Part shown: positions 29,761 to 32,000 of the stretch, piece by piece
Layout of the letters: every line of letters starts with the position of its first letter
Position numbering within the stretch: the first letter of the stretch is position 1
Assembly (NCBI GenBank): GCA_038530755.1
Contig: JBCBCI010000021.1
Span: 6,837 to 38,836, forward strand
Direction: 5' to 3'
DNA: 32,000 nt
Source: Cyanobacteria bacterium J06592_8
Lineage (GTDB): Bacteria; Cyanobacteriota; Cyanobacteriia; Cyanobacteriales; Microcoleaceae
Program-made: the position numbers and the translations under genes
The notes under the pieces: generated by a model
The model's database searches: none
Told to the model about the DNA's origin: nothing
The model's input: the letters and a program-made list of their open reading frames with translations, nothing else

Positions 29761-30305
29761 AATATCTCCAAAAAGTAATGCACACCTGAATTCCGACTCA
29801 GAATAGCTCTGAATTTAGCTTGTTTCGGAAGACCGCTATACTCTATCCTATAGCAAGCCTCGAAACAACTATCAAAAACAATTCTTAATAAGATTATAGG
29901 ATCTTGATATAGATTTTGCAAGCAAACCCAGTCAAAAATAGCTGAAATGTCTTCTGGGAAAGGATTATAAGCTTTCAGACCATCTGAAGCTAGGCTTGTT
30001 TCTTGCTGTTAGATTGCATTAGGTTTCCTCAAGAATATCATTAAAAATTTTTATATAGTATTTTGAGAAAACTCTGAGCAGATAGAAATTATGCCTCCCC
30101 AGGAAAACAAAAGCTTGAGGGTGAACTGGACTTTTTCTCGAATGTCCAGACTCTCGGATTTACAGCTAAATAATTGCAGCAATGATGTCAAGATATGAGA
30201 CACTGAATAGGGGTTTGACGGGTTCGTAACAAGCCATCAAAATCTGGCTTAATGTCCCACCAATCCCATCTCCAAACCCTCAATTGTTCAAAGGAGTGTC
30301 CCAGA

Positions 30306-30737
30306 ATGTCTATTGAAACTCGACCCACAGAAGTGATTGATTTAACTATTAATAGTAAAGACAATTGCTATCTGATGAAAGATCATATTGAAGCGATTCA
30401 AAATACTGGCATCAAACAAGAATTAACAGCCGGAATTTGGGTAGCCCGTATTCGCAAGGGTTCTTTCGACTATGTGAAAGATGACCCTCAAGGTCAAAAA
30501 GGTGAACCCTTAGTTATCCTGTGGATTTATGGTGGAAAGTTCAAAAACCTCAAAACCAATAAAACCGTTCCGGCGGGTTGGTCAACTTTAAATGGCTTTG
30601 ATGATACGCTGACTCTCGCGGTTTCAGAACCCATTACTCTTTGTGCTTTCTTCTTTGATACTTATTTAAAAGACAATGAGGGAGATGTGACCGTTTCAGT
30701 TGTTAAAGTTGGTGAAGTCAGCGATATTGAAGAGTAA
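30306..30737 (+). CDS. Conserved beta-rich protein, paralogue A (possibly lectin-like)
   Basis: 143 aa from the internal Met (MSIETRPTEVIDL...); shares 'GEPLV..WIYGG.F....TN......WSTLNG.DDT.TL.V.....LCAFFFDT...DNEG.VT.SVVK' with 31167..31562. Confidence 0.7.
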   Translation: MSIETRPTEVIDLTINSKDNCYLMKDHIEAIQNTGIKQELTAGIWVARIRKGSFDYVKDDPQGQKGEPLVILWIYGGKFKNLKTNKTVPAGWSTLNGFDDTLTLAVSEPITLCAFFFDTYLKDNEGDVTVSVVKVGEVSDIEE

Positions 30738-31166
30738 TCTTTCTTTCGGGTTTTAAAACCAATTTGATCAAAATCAAGTTCTTTTATGGGTAAGCTTCTA
30801 ACTCTGTTGTTTAAATGGGTTAGGAGCTTTTAATTCAGACTGACATCAGCCCGAGAAATGAATAAAAGCTGACGCGGCAAGATTAAGAGGAAGTAAAACT
30901 TAAATTAAGAATGATTAAAACTTGACAAATTCTTCAGGATCAGCACTAAGCCTAGTTATACATTATGCGATAACAATCTCTCCACTCCTCAAGTTCATCC
31001 CTCAACTCAAACAACTATGGCTGTATCTGGGTAGCAATTCAAAGACCACGAGCTCAGTAAAATGAAAAATTTTTTGTAGAGTAGATGCGAGCCTGCAACA
31101 GTTAGCTTACAATTTCAGGGTATTGCAAAGTGTTTAACACAATTACTCAGAACTAGGAGCAAAAAT

Positions 31167-31562
31167 ATGGAAGGTTGTGTAGTTACAGATTTAAAAGTTG
31201 ATAGCCGACAAAACTGCTTTGTGCTTGATGACGCAACCATGCAACGCATCCAGGAGGAAACTGCTGTCTCCACAACACTCGAACCGGGAACCTACATTGT
31301 TAGAATCCGGAGTGGTTCATTTAACTATCGTTCAAACGTCCCTCATCCCGGTGAACCCCTGGTAATGTTCTGGATCTATGGAGGTCGATTTATCAATAAG
31401 AAAACGAACATTGAAACCGAAGCCACCTGGTCAACTTTAAATGGAGATGACGATACTATCACCCTAGAAGTGCTACAAACCTGTCATCTTTGTGCTTTCT
31501 TCTTCGATACCCATATAGAAGATAACGAAGGAGAAGTCACGATCTCAGTCGTTAAAATTTAA
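31167..31562 (+). CDS. Conserved beta-rich protein, paralogue B (possibly lectin-like)
   Basis: 131 aa; clear paralogue of 30306..30737. Confidence 0.75.
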   Translation: MEGCVVTDLKVDSRQNCFVLDDATMQRIQEETAVSTTLEPGTYIVRIRSGSFNYRSNVPHPGEPLVMFWIYGGRFINKKTNIETEATWSTLNGDDDTITLEVLQTCHLCAFFFDTHIEDNEGEVTISVVKI

Positions 31563-31637
31563 CCAGGTTAGACTGCTTCGACCGGAAAAATAGGTTCAAG
31601 AAAATTGACAATCATTCACCCATAGGACCCAAACACA

Positions 31638-32000
31638 ATGGCTCCCTCTCGTAAAGCATTACTTCAAATTCCAGCGGTGCTACTCACTTTAGCATTCACT
31701 TTAGGGCTCTTTACTGTTCCAGCTTTATCGTTTCTGAATCATCCGGCTGTCGCTCAATCGAGTTCAGAGCGTGCAGTCACTTTCAAAATCCCTGAATCCT
31801 TAGCTCAGGATACAACAGTTAAAGTGAACGGTTCGAGCAGTATGAGCGAACCGAACAAAGCCCTAGAGCAACGCTTTGAAAAGCGGTTTCCGGATGCAGA
31901 GGTCCAACTCTCAGCCACAGGAACTTCCGAAGCGTTAGAAAACCTAGAAGCTGGAAAACTCGATATTGCAGCGGTCGGACGTCCGTTAACCGAAGAGGAA
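31638..32000 (+). CDS. Phosphate-binding-protein-like (PstS/PBP-like) exported protein, truncated by the window end
   Basis: Open frame to the window edge: 'MAPSRKALLQIPAVLLTLAFTLGLFTVPALSF...TVKVNGSSSMSEPNKALEQRFEKRFPDAEVQLSATGTSEALENLEAGKLDIAAVGRPLTEEE'; N-terminal hydrophobic segment and 'VNGSSSM' phosphate-binding-type loop. Confidence 0.8.
   Translation, partial: MAPSRKALLQIPAVLLTLAFTLGLFTVPALSFLNHPAVAQSSSERAVTFKIPESLAQDTTVKVNGSSSMSEPNKALEQRFEKRFPDAEVQLSATGTSEALENLEAGKLDIAAVGRPLTEEE

Noticed and set aside
29569-29778. 69-aa plus-strand ORF over the small peptide region
   Set aside because: Antisense to the 49-aa ORF, lacks a recognisable ribosome-binding site, and composition is not protein-like.

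Overview
The window looks like ordinary cyanobacterial chromosome (many GCGATCGC/GCGATCG palindromes, cyanobacterial-type RibBA, tandem MgtE, standalone DALR protein) with a few accessory segments. Housekeeping content: a large hybrid sensor kinase (-), ribBA (+), a prohibitin/SPFH protein (-), a two-domain polyphosphate:AMP phosphotransferase (+), a DUF218/YdcF protein (+), two tandem mgtE (-), icd (-), a standalone DALR protein (-), a Crp/Fnr regulator (+), GNAT (+), a sucrase/ferredoxin-like protein (-) and the start of a PBP-like phosphate-binding protein (+, truncated by the window end). Three segments deserve attention. (1) About 10.98-14.64 kb is a decayed defence island: a type III CRISPR csm2 remnant with an internal stop, fused at its 3' end to the tail of a histidine kinase; a frameshifted unknown gene; an N-terminally truncated CARF protein with a RelE-like tail; plus Uma2 and Rpn PD-(D/E)XK genes. 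No CRISPR array or other cas gene was recognised. (2) About 15.19-19.80 kb is a phosphite uptake/oxidation operon (ptxABC-ptxD) behind a Pho-box-like triple repeat, followed after 8 bp by a SAM methyltransferase. (3) About 28.2-29.76 kb holds an unannotated 49-aa peptide with a good ribosome-binding site upstream of a JmjC/cupin_4 oxygenase gene on the same strand. This resembles a RiPP-like precursor/tailoring-enzyme pair and is the best candidate for something undescribed, but it is inference. A tandem pair of paralogous beta-rich proteins follows. All product calls come from reading motifs; no searches were run.
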